From Kudoa neothunni (lineage: Eukaryota; Animalia; Cnidaria): a stretch of 64,000 bases of DNA. Below the pieces are notes generated by a model that was given only the letters and a program-made list of their open reading frames with translations, searched no databases and was not told where the DNA came from. A program made the position numbers and the translations under genes. This document shows, piece by piece, positions 40,139 through 53,289 of the stretch (positions are counted from its first letter, which is position 1; each line of letters starts with the position of its first letter). Where the stretch lies: assembly GCA_964304625.1 (NCBI GenBank), contig OZ199838.1:16475469-16539468 (forward strand). The letters run 5' to 3'.

Positions 40139-42159
40139 TTATTTATTCTAACCCTCGTGTAAAAAGGGGTCCAAATAGGGTCGAACGATATTAGGATGTA
40201 TTTTCTTTGACTAATTTTGAATATCCAGTTCTAATGTTTTTCTTATTTTTCTATATAACATAGATCTATACAAAAAAGTTATCAAGATAACTTTTAAATT
40301 TCTTAATCGAATATTAAAATAAAAAAATCTTCCAAAGAAAATGGCGTCTTCATTGATTCAAGATGTTTATTTAAAATTTTTGAACAGAAAGACGTAATTA
40401 TAATATTATTAAGAGAACAATTTGTTGTAAAAATTATTTTATGCCTAAAATGAATAACCCAAAAATATACACTCAGGTGCGGATATACATATTTTTTGTC
40501 AGGTCATGGGTTGTTTTGAAAATAAAGGCGGTAGTATTGACATCCATGACTATGATACACCAAGTCTGTTTTATTTAACAGAAACTATGGATCAATATAT
40601 AAAGAAGATTTTGTGTTGGTCGATACTGATGACTCCCTTATTTATAAAAATGGACGTTCGTAGGGCTAGACGAATCCATCGAAAACGCAGACGCCTCCTG
40701 AAAATATGATGTGTTTTAGTCAGGATGTGATTCATTATAACATCCAAAGGATTATTAAAAAAAGGTTGCCTTTGAGTTCTCTGAAGCGTTAAGAATAAAT
40801 AAAATAATCACGAATGCAAACATAAATGCATCGAATTGAAAATATCAGGAAAACTATACGAGTAAAAATTAATATTGCAGAATGATAACAAAAAATGAGA
40901 TTTATTATGTTTACTCGTTCCCAAGATAAAAAAACTGACCTAGAAGATGACTTGTGTATGGCTACTTGCTGCAAAGAATATTTAGTTATTCGTGCAAAAG
41001 CTTTGACTTATCATTTTTCGATTTACGTTGTTTTTTGAACTCGCGTATAATTCACTTGAATTATTTTAACTAACATGTAATGGTAGCATTCTCATCCTTT
41101 TTTAACAACAATTATCTTAATACAAAGCCGTACTTCATGTATCAATATCCCCTTATATTTTAATTTCGTCGCTATAATATTCTTTTAATTTTATGGTTTA
41201 AAATAATTATTCAAAGATCTTAAATGTGGCAGGGGTTACTTTCTAGTTTATTACATTGATGTACTCTGTAAAATTAAAGTTATTTGAAATTCGAATAATC
41301 ATAAAAACCCGTAGAATATAATAAGTATTATAATTAAACTATTACTAAAAGTTAGAGATTTTTTATGACAATATGCAAAGTATTTAAAATCAATCAATTC
41401 AATTTTAATGATTCTCCAATTTTATTAACTTTGGGCTTTACCGCGTATATACGAGAAAATATTTTATATGAAATTATCTTTAAAAGGTACGTGTCTTGCA
41501 GCAAACTTTTTGGAATGTGGCAAAATATTATGCCAATAAGTTTATACAAAAGACTAAGGTCCATATGGGCTATTTTACTCGGGGGTGTCCGATTTTGGTA
41601 TACTCAGATGGTTAAAGTAGAGGAACTTCATAGGGTTTTCTGTGATAAAAATACACGGATAGCGCTTGCCAATGAATTAACAATATAACTGGTAATTAGT
41701 CACCACAAATATAGGAAAAATAGGTCAAATATCAAAATTATATCGTTTCTTCTTTGTTCAAATATTGTAAAATTATTAAAATTAAAATAACTTTTAATTA
41801 CACTGTATAGAAATTATTTATAAGTGTGTTATTTTATTTTTCACCTGTATAGGAAAATTTTTAGCCACCAAAGTTTAACGAATTTAATTATAAAACAAGT
41901 AAGCTTAGATGCTCTCAAAAATGTTAAACGTTTACTTAAATTCTTTAATCTTTATTTTAGAGAATTATGGTAAAATGTATAAATTATAAATTTATCAGGA
42001 AAAATAAATTCACAAAAATCAAAGTATGCAATTTTCCAACAATATCAATATATCACATTGTATATATCGATGTATCAAATCCTATTGTTATGTTCATATG
42101 AATATCAATAGTTAAATCGAAATATACAGTTTAATCTGATTTACTCTCTGTAGCAAAAA

Positions 42160-45120
42160 ATGCAAACTCAATTAGTCTCGGTTAGTTTATTGATTGCATT
42201 TGCATGTAATTTGTTTATATTGATTATTTTATTAAATTCTTGTAGTTATTAATACAAATCCTACTACGGAAAATAAACTAGCACCCCAAACTCCTACAAA
42301 AATACTTTCGTATGACATTGTTGAAAGTAAAGTGTTGTTGGTTTTGACCGGATCGGATTATGAAACGGACTCGAAAAAATGCCTCATAAGAAAAGAGAAC
42401 GATAGTGGAAATGGATTTGATCACGTAAGTACATGCGAGAATAGAGATACACAGGTTGAGACAGGCAAGTGTGTACGTGCTTGTGCAGGAAATGACAACA
42501 CATTAGCGTTTAATGTGCTTTCACCCAGAACAAAGTTTATCTATGTATATTCCGGAACAGATGCCGCACAAATTCAAAATAGTAATAACGGTGGGGATGT
42601 TTTTGGACTTGCTATTCGTAATTTAAATAAAATTATTCTTTTTTAATTGAAAATAGCGCTTTTGGTGAATCCATCAATAACAGTGTCCATAGATACTAAT
42701 ACGAAAAAATTAAAATTGGCAGCCAAGACATGTAAAAGTGTTGAATGTCCCATTTTTTATAAAGGTATTCAATACGCGGCCGGTACAGTAGGGACTGCTT
42801 GCGATTCTGAGAACAACGATAACAAAGTTGATTTTGACCTTATGATTCCCCACTACGAGATAATATGTGCGAATTACCCAAGCTTCTTCTACCAAATGCC
42901 AAATCCATATATGAAAAAAAATATCGACATATACAGACCCCAATACTACGTTACTTACAAAAAAGATGACGCTGATAAGAAAAATTATATCCTAAAATTC
43001 ACCAACTCATTTCCTTCCGAAATATGTTTATTCAGTATTAAAGACGCTTCGAGTGCTGCTACAGGATCTACAAAGAATTATGCATCAGTGTGCGGAGGAG
43101 GAACTGATAAAAAGTGTTTTGCACCTTGTGATACTGTTGAATTAACACTAGCTGAGTCTAAACCAATCGTCGAAATATTAATTCAGACTAGATATCATAA
43201 TTTAGATACAAGCATTACCAGCATTGAGGGCTATAAAGAGAAAAAATATGGTATTGTTTTTTAAAGAAAATGTATCTATTCATTTATTATAGCTATCGAA
43301 GAGACTGACGCTACGAATACACTTTTTAGTACACAAACGGATGTAGGGATTACACTCAACCCTTCTCCATACAACACAGCCACCGGTACCAATTCATTAA
43401 AGTTTGTTACGTGTGATTTAAAGCATTTTCCTGCCGATAAAATCAGAAAGACTACAGGGGATGTTTTGCAATGCAGCGATAATAACTCTTGTGGGCAGGC
43501 TTGTGAAACACCTTCTGTTATACGGCAGTTGACTGCGGGGAAAGCATATATAATTGAGATTACGCCAACAGCCATAGCTGATCACACAGATTTTAAAGAA
43601 TACCTGTTTTTCAGAACAAGTAAGGAATATATTCATAACACTTATTAAATTATTCTTAGAAGAATCTGATTCATCAAACTTCGCCGACACAGCACCCACA
43701 GCAACCGACGTGACTGCTGCAATTAAAGCGGTTGCTGGTGACGTGTTAAAAACAGACGCAACTGAACCGACTTGTTCATATTACGTCAGTATAGTAGATA
43801 AAAACACATTCGTCGAAGCCGAATGTGAAGACAGCAACCCATGTAGAGGATTCTGTAAAGATACTAAGAAATTGATAAATCTAAACCCCAAAACATACTA
43901 TGATATTAAAGTTGTTTCACATAAAAACTATGGAATCAAAATATTTAAAAATATTCAAACTAGTAAAAAAAATTTTAATTTAAGCTATTATAAATTATTT
44001 TCGTTAGCTTGGTCAACCATGACCCTATCCCAAAGATTCCTAGATAAAGGGTTTAAAGTGGCTGGAACTTTGACATCCGTTTATCCACAAGCAACATGTC
44101 ACTATAAAATAAGAGAAAAAAACGGAGAGACTCTAAAAGATGTTTATTCCTGTCCAGAAGTTGTCCCTCCGCCGCCGTCTGTCAGTCCAGCCACTGAAGA
44201 TATTTCTGATGCTCCTCCTTCACCTACTCAAACTCAGGAAACGATAGAATCAAGGCCGGTCAGCGTTTCAAGATTGCCTGGAATAAAAATAGCAAGAACT
44301 GGTAATATAGAAGCAACTGATGCCACACCCACCGAATCCACTACTACTCAATCTAAGTTTCCACCATGTAGCAAACCACCACTCTGCAGCAATATAATAA
44401 TTAGTGATGGTTATGAGGCTAATAAAGAATACCAAGTATTGGTAACGGCTGTAGGCCGATCAGAGGAAGTTACAATCAATATTCCTAAAAGTAATATATA
44501 AAGGAATTAATATAGATATTTTCTAAATTGTCATATAAATATAGATTCACTCCCAGAACCATCTCAAGATACAAACAAACAAATTATGGTAGTTATTGAG
44601 AGAGTAGGTGATACGTTAAAAATCACGTCATTGCTTCCTAAAGAAAAGGATGATAATTCAGTATGTCGATGGATACTGAGAGACATCACTGATGTTTCTC
44701 AACGAATAGTGAAAAAATGTGATTCCAGTAGAAGTAAAGTTTGCAGACTTCCAACTTGCAGATCATTCACTATTGAGGATGTAAGTGATACCAATGATTA
44801 TCATTTAACGCTTATTCACTCCCGAGATTCCAATGTTAAAGGAATTGGAATAATAAAACGAGGTGACTAACAATTAATAATAATATCAATTATTATTATT
44901 ATAATTAATAATTTAGGAGAGACCTCTAATCAATCCAGGTAAAATTAATATTTTAATATTTAATGTATTATATTCTTAGGGCGAGCACCTCAATGTATTA
45001 AACTTTGAGTTGATATGTTGGAATAAGTTTTCGTTTAGGATTGTTGGAATCATTGTTCCAGTCGCTATTGTTATTATAGGAGTTGGATTTTACTTTGGTT
45101 ATATGAAGAATAGAGGATAA
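42160..45120 (+). CDS. Cys-rich FN3-like type I membrane protein, copy 5
   Basis: Same exon structure (MQTQLVSVSLLIAFA..GFYFGYMKNRG*). Intron 5 (43963-44007, 45 nt) is in frame and stop-free. Confidence 0.87.
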
Positions 45121-45937
45121 CTTCGATTAACTCAGTTAACATTTGGAACATATTACATTATTTCTTATTAGTTTATAATTAAATATATTATAAATATTTC
45201 TAAATTTATTTACTATAAATTATACATTTTATTTAAAATATTGTTAGTATAATATTCGATATTAATTGAAGTTAATAAAGAAAAATACGTATATTGACAT
45301 AAATTAGCTGCGATAATTTTATCATTCAATTATAAATGAAATCAATTGTATAACATTTAATAGGATAATTTAAAGATATTCAATCATGATCACATAAATA
45401 ATTTGTAAATCAATTCAGAAGGATTATTAGACTAACACAAATACACTGAACTAGGATTTGTGTGTGATATCTCAGTAAAATTTGAATTAGTTCATTTTTT
45501 AAACATCTTTGTAAACCTTTGCAGATATTAAGTATTTCATTTCAAAATTTTTGTGCGCGAATTCATTTTCTTTAACAATTTGAGTTTTATTCATCAGACG
45601 TAAATACATGTAGTACATAAATGCGTACTGTCTGCACATATAGAGGGAGTCAATTGTGACTAATAAGCCATTAACTGTTACTGAAAATTCCCTAATCTAT
45701 CTAAAAAATTTGAAAATACAACGATTCTTAAAATTACTGAATAAAATACCATTAAATTCGAAAAATTAAAATTCATTGGTTTGTATAAAAACCAAACATT
45801 ATTACCTGTTTAAATTAAAATAACCAAGTGTTTAAATATTATAATTTCTAAATTTCTACACCTATGAAAATTTAAATCGAATATAATCTCAACATTTGCA
45901 TATTTTTTTCTGAATCATGGTTAACTATGCTATAGAC

Positions 45938-46244
45938 CAGAGGTGGTCAAACCGAGGCTCGTGAGTCGCATGTGGCGCTTGGAACTCGAAGTGCGGTTCT
46001 TGAAAAACTTAGAGTTGGTTTATCGTTTCATTAAATTTTTCTCATTAAGTTATTTGGATACTGTATTAGTCAGTTATCATGAATAAGAACGCATGAATTT
46101 ATCAATCATTCATTATTGATTACAACTTTTAGACAAAATATAAATATAATAACAAATCCCGGAATATAATTTTTACTCCTAATGATTAAAAAATTTGGAG
46201 TTCATTAAATGCAGCTCCATTTTAACAAAGTCTGACCAACTCTG
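45938..46244. mobile_element. hAT MITE
   Basis: TIRs CAGAGGTGGTCAAAC / GTCTGACCAACTCTG, with 8-bp TSD CTATAGAC / CTATAAAC. Confidence 0.85.
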
Positions 46245-47145
46245 CTATAAACTGAACCTCTCATAAAATGCTAATACCTGATCTTCCCGGTTGGAGATGT
46301 CAGAATCCATAAAGGCTCAGACATTTAATACATAAGAAATTTTCATAATTAATCTAAAAAATTCTCTCCTCGTTAACTCTGATATTAATAATATTTTTAA
46401 AACTTTCTAGTCGGCCTCATCTCGATACATTGAACGAAATCTGTCTTTCAAATAAAATAATCCAAAATCTATTCATATTCCTTTTTCTTATTAACTCAAA
46501 TGAATAAACATTATAATTAATGCAAAAACATTTTTTAACTAATTTAAATTAAATTAGATAAAATAGGTTCAGCACAACGAGTTTGCTAAATTAATAAATC
46601 CATTTTTTAATTTTCATTAAACAGAAAATTATAAGACAGAATATTCTCCATTATAAATATGAAAATAATTATAACAAAATTTTCTAACAGTTAATAATCT
46701 TTGTCTAATTTATGAATTAATCATCTCTTAGTTATTCTGTAATCCTTAAAAATATAAAGCGATATCCATTTCATCTTGCACAAGTCGCAAGAATTGCAGA
46801 GAACCCGCCTTCTTCTCGTGGAAAAACTAGCTAAGAATATAATTGACAATCCTTCGCCAAACAAAAAAATACTTAACGGTAAAAACCAAATCTGGAAGAT
46901 TAAACTATAATATACAAACTTTAATATTAATCCAATTTATTAAACAACATATTTATTAATGAAACATCAATTACTCGCAATAAGAATAAACAAAAAATTG
47001 ATTTGCTCAAACCAATGTCGAAATATTAATTAATTAGAAGTATTCTTTGAATCATGAGCACGCGTTCTTTGCAAAAAATAAACTGCAACTAATCTCAAAC
47101 GGGTAACTACACAACAAAATATAGTTCGTCGCAATGTGGTTGTAA

Positions 47146-47881
47146 TTAGTTGGTGATTTCCTCGAGCTCTACATATGATTGATTAGTTCATTCCAATATC
47201 ACATATAAAATACCTGGAGGTTGATCATTGTTGGCAGCAGCTTCACTTTCTGAATTATTTGCATTAGAGATAAATGTATTACAAATAAAGATATTCACCT
47301 TGACTTGCTTTAATGTTGGCCATTGCAGATGTCAATGAATCAATTGATCCAGGGTTCTACACACAATGAGTTTGGTTAATCGGCACACAATAAAATAACA
47401 TTATAACATACCAATTGTTGCAGATATGAAGGAATGATTTCGGCCAATGATTTGTTCTCAAAGGTGCCTTCAATGGAGTAGGTGTTGTGATTGTAGGCGG
47501 CGTGTATTTTAGGGTTCTTGAAAACCATCACTGACGCATCCTCTTTGAACATTGTGACTTCTTCGAAACCAGGAATGGGATATGCACCCAACTTTTTCAA
47601 CGATGCCTAATTCAATCACAATTCGTTAGCGTCCTGAACTCAAGCGCATATAATACTTGAAGTTTACGATCATCAGTACCAGTTGCTTTGGAAACGACCT
47701 TCTTCTTACGGCGTTGAGTTCCCTAGTTGTAGTGGGACCAGTGAGCACGAAATTTCTTAAAAATAATTCTCAATTACTTTTCCTCCTATACGGACACTGT
47801 TTTGAATTTTTTTAAGTTTCTCCTCGTTTACCGTCTAAACACGATTAAAATAGAACAACTTCAAAATTACAAAACTACCAT
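47146..47881 (-). CDS. BTF3: Nascent polypeptide-associated complex beta / basic transcription factor 3
   Basis: Spliced product M|TVNEEKLKKIQNSVRIGGK|GTQRRKKKVVSKATGTDDRKLQ|ASLKKLGAYPIPGFEEVTMF..FKNPKIHA..IIPSYLQQL|NPGSIDSL..|..|ELEEITN* carries the hallmark RIGGKGTxRRKKK and the NAC domain. Six GT-AG introns. Confidence 0.95.
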
Positions 47882-50800
47882 TTGTCAAATTCGTTAAGAC
47901 CACGAGCGAAGTCGGTCGTCTTCGCAATCGACTTAAGAATTTTGTTTTTATATGTTTTAGGTGTTAATTCTATTTAGTTACTAAATTATTAAATTAACAT
48001 CTTAATAAGTTTATGTTTTAAAACTTTTATGATTATGATGCATGTTATTTGGTTGGATAAAACATGATGGATTCCAATCAGAATCTATTTAATGATTCAT
48101 TGGCTTAATTTACTATGAAAATCTACTTCTGGTGATTACGTAAAAGAATTTTTGAAAATTATTTCAAATCTTACATTCTGAGTGACATTATTCATCTTTA
48201 TTTATAGACCACGTGTCAAATAAGCAGAAAATAATTTTCTAAGAATTTCGAGTTAAGTAGAATTAATTTTAAAGAGTTATTTTTCCAGTAATTTTACTAT
48301 GTGAGCGAGTAATGGGAATATGTAAACATTAAGTGATTTATTGAATGTTACTAAGTTTTCGTAAGGCATCGAGAGAGATTGAGAGGATTCCTATACGACT
48401 AATTTTCTGTGGTGTATTTTTGTCTTATAATTAATTTAAATTATATTAGCTCTATATTTAATGTTTGTATAATAGTATGTGACAGATAATCGGGATTTTG
48501 TTCAAAATTGGAAAAGTGCTGCTATTGTCCTCCTCTATGCTAAGGAGTTAATGTTGAATTGAATAGACACTTTCCAAATTGTAGTTAGAATTTTATTCCT
48601 CTAGAATGATTAATTGAATTTTAAATTAATTTTGAATATAACAAGAAAATTATTGCTATGTAGGAAAACTTAAAATTTAATCATTATTTATTTCTAGTAT
48701 ACGAATTTTTTACATTTTTTTGATTTAATTTTTTTTTCTATTTTTTATGGGATATTTGCGCGTAATTAGTTAACTTGAATTAAATAATCGCTCAAATTTA
48801 TGGAGAAAGTAATTTTTAAAACATATTTTTCTGCAATCTATTCATTATTTGAGTATATTTTAATTAAAAAAAATATTTTCGATGGTTTATTTAAATAATG
48901 ATTATATGTCCGTGCATCAAAATGAAGTTGATAAAAATAACTTAAACTTTTCTTTGGAGCAGAGTTAAACATGTTTTAAAAGAGGGGATAATTACCTGCT
49001 AAATTTGTATCAATAATGAGCCAAAGGGGATTCTCGCACCCCTTTGTTTAAAGGCCTAAATTAGATAGGAATTTTTTGAGAAAAAATAATGAAACAATAT
49101 TAGTAAATATAAATGCGGAAACTCTGTTTTTTATTTATCTAATTTTATGTTTCCTACGAAATAGAGAGGAATCTAAATTCTAAATTAATACATATAATTA
49201 TAATTATTCAATGTTGTAATGTAGAATAGTATGCTAACTTACATTATCCGACTTATCATCGGGCGTTCAAAAACAAGTGATCGATATGACATGAGTAAGC
49301 CCAAAACTCATCAAGCAATGTTTGTATTATTGAAAATTCTATATTCCATGAAATCTATTTTGTATGTCGAACAGATAATACTATAAGCTGGTAGAGTTTT
49401 ATTGGGTATTTTGTGTCCCCTTACTTTATTCAATAGCCATCTTATGTAGATACATTATTTTTGATTCGGCCTTGTGTACATCAGCGCTCCCCGATTCATT
49501 TTAGCTCATGTACTCTTTTTAAATATGGAATTATAAAACTGATTTATTATTAGGCAGATAAATAGTGCTACAAAAATTACATAATCAAGAAGAAAGGATT
49601 CTGCTTCATTAAGAAATATAAAAGAAGAAAAATGAAAGGATTAATAATAAATATAATGTTTTGACCTTTTCTAAAAATTTGAGGCAATAATACAATCAAA
49701 ACGAGGATTTTTGTTTAATAAATAATTTTAGATAAAACCGACTATGGTAAGTTTTAGGTTGGTTAAGGACATTTTTTGTGACACCAAATTTCCGTAATCC
49801 TATTAATTTAAATCAACCTCAAATGATTTCTCATAAATAATAATCGCATTTTGATAAATTTTTTTATCACATTTCGCCATATTATAATATTTAAAAAAAA
49901 TAATTATTAATTTTTAAATTAAAATAATTTAATTATATATTTTAATCTCGGTTAGATGAAAAATTCTCGACTCAAATATTTTCTCGTATGTCGAATCATA
50001 TATGACAAAACACATTCGTGTAAAATTTCGTTAATATTTTTTATGACAAATTTCTCTATTGATCGTCCAATTAATACAAGTAGGATATATTCTTTAGGAA
50101 ATGGCTATCGACACGGATCATAATATCAAGGTAGGTTTAGGTTTGACTGTGTATTTAATTATTTTCGACCATTACTACCGCTCCGCTACTGGCGGCCACA
50201 AATAACTAATTACGACAGATTCTAAAAAATAAATTTTATAGATAAACTATATGTAGGAGTCACGAGGATTGAAAATAAAAACTGCGAAAACATTGCCGTC
50301 AATTTGGATTAGAATCTTCCAAATCAATAGCCAGTATCTATTTTTTATAATTATTTTGTAATCTGTAGCCGATATTAATAATTAAATCGTAGGGGTTTCG
50401 AATAAAACTCTCAATTCGATAAGTTACAGTTTTGTTCAGAATCACTTCATATCATCGACTATATATAATAAATTATTAATTTGACCTAATTTATAAATGA
50501 AATGAATATTTTATATATTAGTGTAAAAAAATCAACTGATTTTAATGCGCATGGGCGGTCGATGTTATGCATTCTTGACAAAAATGTTAAAATTTTGTGT
50601 GGTTTCTATTATTTTGGATTAAATTATATCCAAACGACGATAATAAAAAATTGGGACGGTATGCGCATCACAATCATAATAAAACTAATTAAGTTTCTAG
50701 TTTTAGCCCTTTTCTTCGTTCCCAGGGGGACTTTGTAAAAGCGATTTGGTAATGTAATACAAACATTTGAATATTAATACAATTTTATGAATAATTAAAT

Positions 50801-51271
50801 TCTAGAAGATTAATCGAAAAATTTTAGAGTTTTAATAATAAAAAATTAAAGTAAATGTACTTCATTAATAATTTTTATGAGTAATTCATTACTACTGCCA
50901 AAATATTTAGTTTTTGTGAATAATTAAATTTTAAAAAATGAATTCAATAAATTCTGAAACTTCTGATAATAAAAACTTGTACAAGTAAAATATTTTTTAT
51001 TATTAATTTATATAAATAATTAATATATATTTACGAGATTATTGTTGATTATATGGGTGGAATTGCAGAGATTAAAAAAGACTAAATCACTAATATTAAA
51101 AATATTATTTAGCACGTACAGGAAAATAAATTAAATTACAAATTAGTTATACAGATTTTCAATAAAATTTATAGTATTTTGCACAACTTATTTAGGGGAA
51201 TATAGAATTATTGAAAATATTACGGGAGATATTTTGGATTAATTTATTAACAATATTTTTCGGTTCGGATA

Positions 51272-53289
51272 ATGAAAATTTGGGTTTATCTATCTGTTTT
51301 TACATATATTACAACAATTTTGACTTTTACAATAAATGAACATAAAGTAAACAGAATTATTGATTGAATTTTAAATTTCCATAATATATGTAGGATTTGT
51401 TGATTGCTATAAGCGAATCTCACCTCCATATTACACCTTATATGTGTGGATCTGATAAGAAAAAATTCTTTGGGGTAAACTGTATCGAAATAAATCATTT
51501 TTTTTGCTCACGTAATTTGTAAATTTTTTCAAGAATAATGTAAAATTATAAGTGTATAATGAAACACTTAATACGTACGTGAAGAATGAAGATGATTGTT
51601 TGAGGCGTTTTTGTAATGTATATGATATCGATGAAGCCAACGTAACCGTGATAGTAGCAGATGAACATTTTGAGCCTAGGTATTAGAAAATTCTCCTAGT
51701 ATTTGGATATCTCTGAGCTTAATTTTGTAGAAGACAGAGTGATTACTATGAAGGTTTGCAAGTAAGTGATAGCAGCTATCGTAACGTTAAAATTGATGGG
51801 AAATACCTACAACTACATTATGTACAACTTACCACGCCACAACATGTTTTCTGTTGTTATGCCAGGTCAATACAAAAATATAAAGAAATAAGAGATGTAT
51901 ATTTTTGAGTTAATATTCTTAATTAATAATATTTATTTATCTCAGAGAAATGATAATATGTACACAACCACGGTAACTCATTAATATTGAAATACAATCG
52001 TTAATTATTACATACATAAATTTATAATTTATCTCATATATTTATTAAACAAAAAATACCCAATGAATCATAAATAGGAGATTCAAGAAGCGGGTTATAT
52101 ATCCCTAACGGACGATGTGTTTTCGATGGGATACCACACGAAGAACACCTCACTGAGTGATCACATACACACTTACACTATAAATTCAACCGATTATACA
52201 TTCTTCTCTGTATATTTAACAACAATGAGCTACAATTCAATCCTACCCAAACTAATATACAAATACATAAAGGCAACCATGATAATAATAATTATTATAT
52301 TTTAACAATTAAAAATAGCTTCGAAAATTTCAAAGTTATTCAAAAGGGGGTAAAATAACCTTGGAATTTGCGTGTTCAACAATTAAAAAAACCAGAAAAA
52401 TATCAACACCAGAATTCATACAATGGATTTCTGACTTGGGGGAAGAATATGAAAATTTTCTAGAGCCAATAAATATTGTAGCAGCTTACAATTTTTCAGC
52501 TTGTTTGGAATTAATCAAAGAAGCGGTCTTTATTCCTGATGATGACCACCCTTGGAATCAAATAACTAAGGATTTTATTTCAATTAAATTCCCCCCTAAA
52601 ATAGGCAACCTATTATTTAATGTAACTATTCTATATTTGATTAACTACTGATGATCGTCATAAATTATTTAATTAACTATTTTAGGTTCATAACTTAAAT
52701 TCGCGAATTAATATGAAAACCAAATATTCATTGGAAACTGCACGGACTCTTATAAATGAAACTAATTTTAAGAGATCGTTTGAAATGGAAGTACTTACAT
52801 TATTCGCATATATTTAACGTAATAATCACATTAGGATGTTGCTAAAAGAGTGTATTACTACGCTTTAATTGAATATTTTGTGAATAAAACTTTAATTGAT
52901 AAAAATGCCGAGCGATTCATATTTCTTGTAATAAAACATTATATAAATTTCATTAAGTAATAACTGTTATTTAGTCTTATCCTCCGGATTGCGAATCGGA
53001 ATATGCCAATTTCTTTGCAAGATTTTATTATAAACAAAGTTTATATCAATTTATGATCAACAAATTAAATGAATAATTAGAAGAAAGTGACGAAAGAACT
53101 ATTCCACCTATTACTAGTTCTATTGTTACGACGAAATCCCTAACAACTGCGGCGGACGATAAAAGGAGCTCCAAAACTACTTTGGCATTGAAGATTGTTG
53201 TTTCACTTCTGATTATACTGATTGTCGCTTCCGTTGGACTATATTTCTTCAGACGCTACTGGAGGACTAGAGGATATTCGGAAAAATAA
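51272..53289 (+). CDS. Orphan multi-exon type I membrane glycoprotein
   Basis: Signal-like MKIWVYLSVFTYITTILT. About 11 exons splice in frame, including a 27-nt exon and one GC-AG intron (52273-52318). Thr/Ser stalk, TM IVVSLLIILIVASVGLYFF and tail RRYWRTRGYSEK*. Confidence 0.72.

Noticed and set aside
6416-45120. CRISPR array or diversity-generating retroelement as the source of variation
   Set aside because: There is no repeat-spacer array, no reverse transcriptase and no adenine-specific template/variable repeat pair. The differences include all base types and in-frame indels.
48030-48190. Possible C/D-box snoRNA (TGATG../GTGATTA..CTGA)
   Set aside because: The C box is imperfect, and there is no terminal stem or recognisable rRNA guide; such matches are expected by chance in AT-rich DNA.
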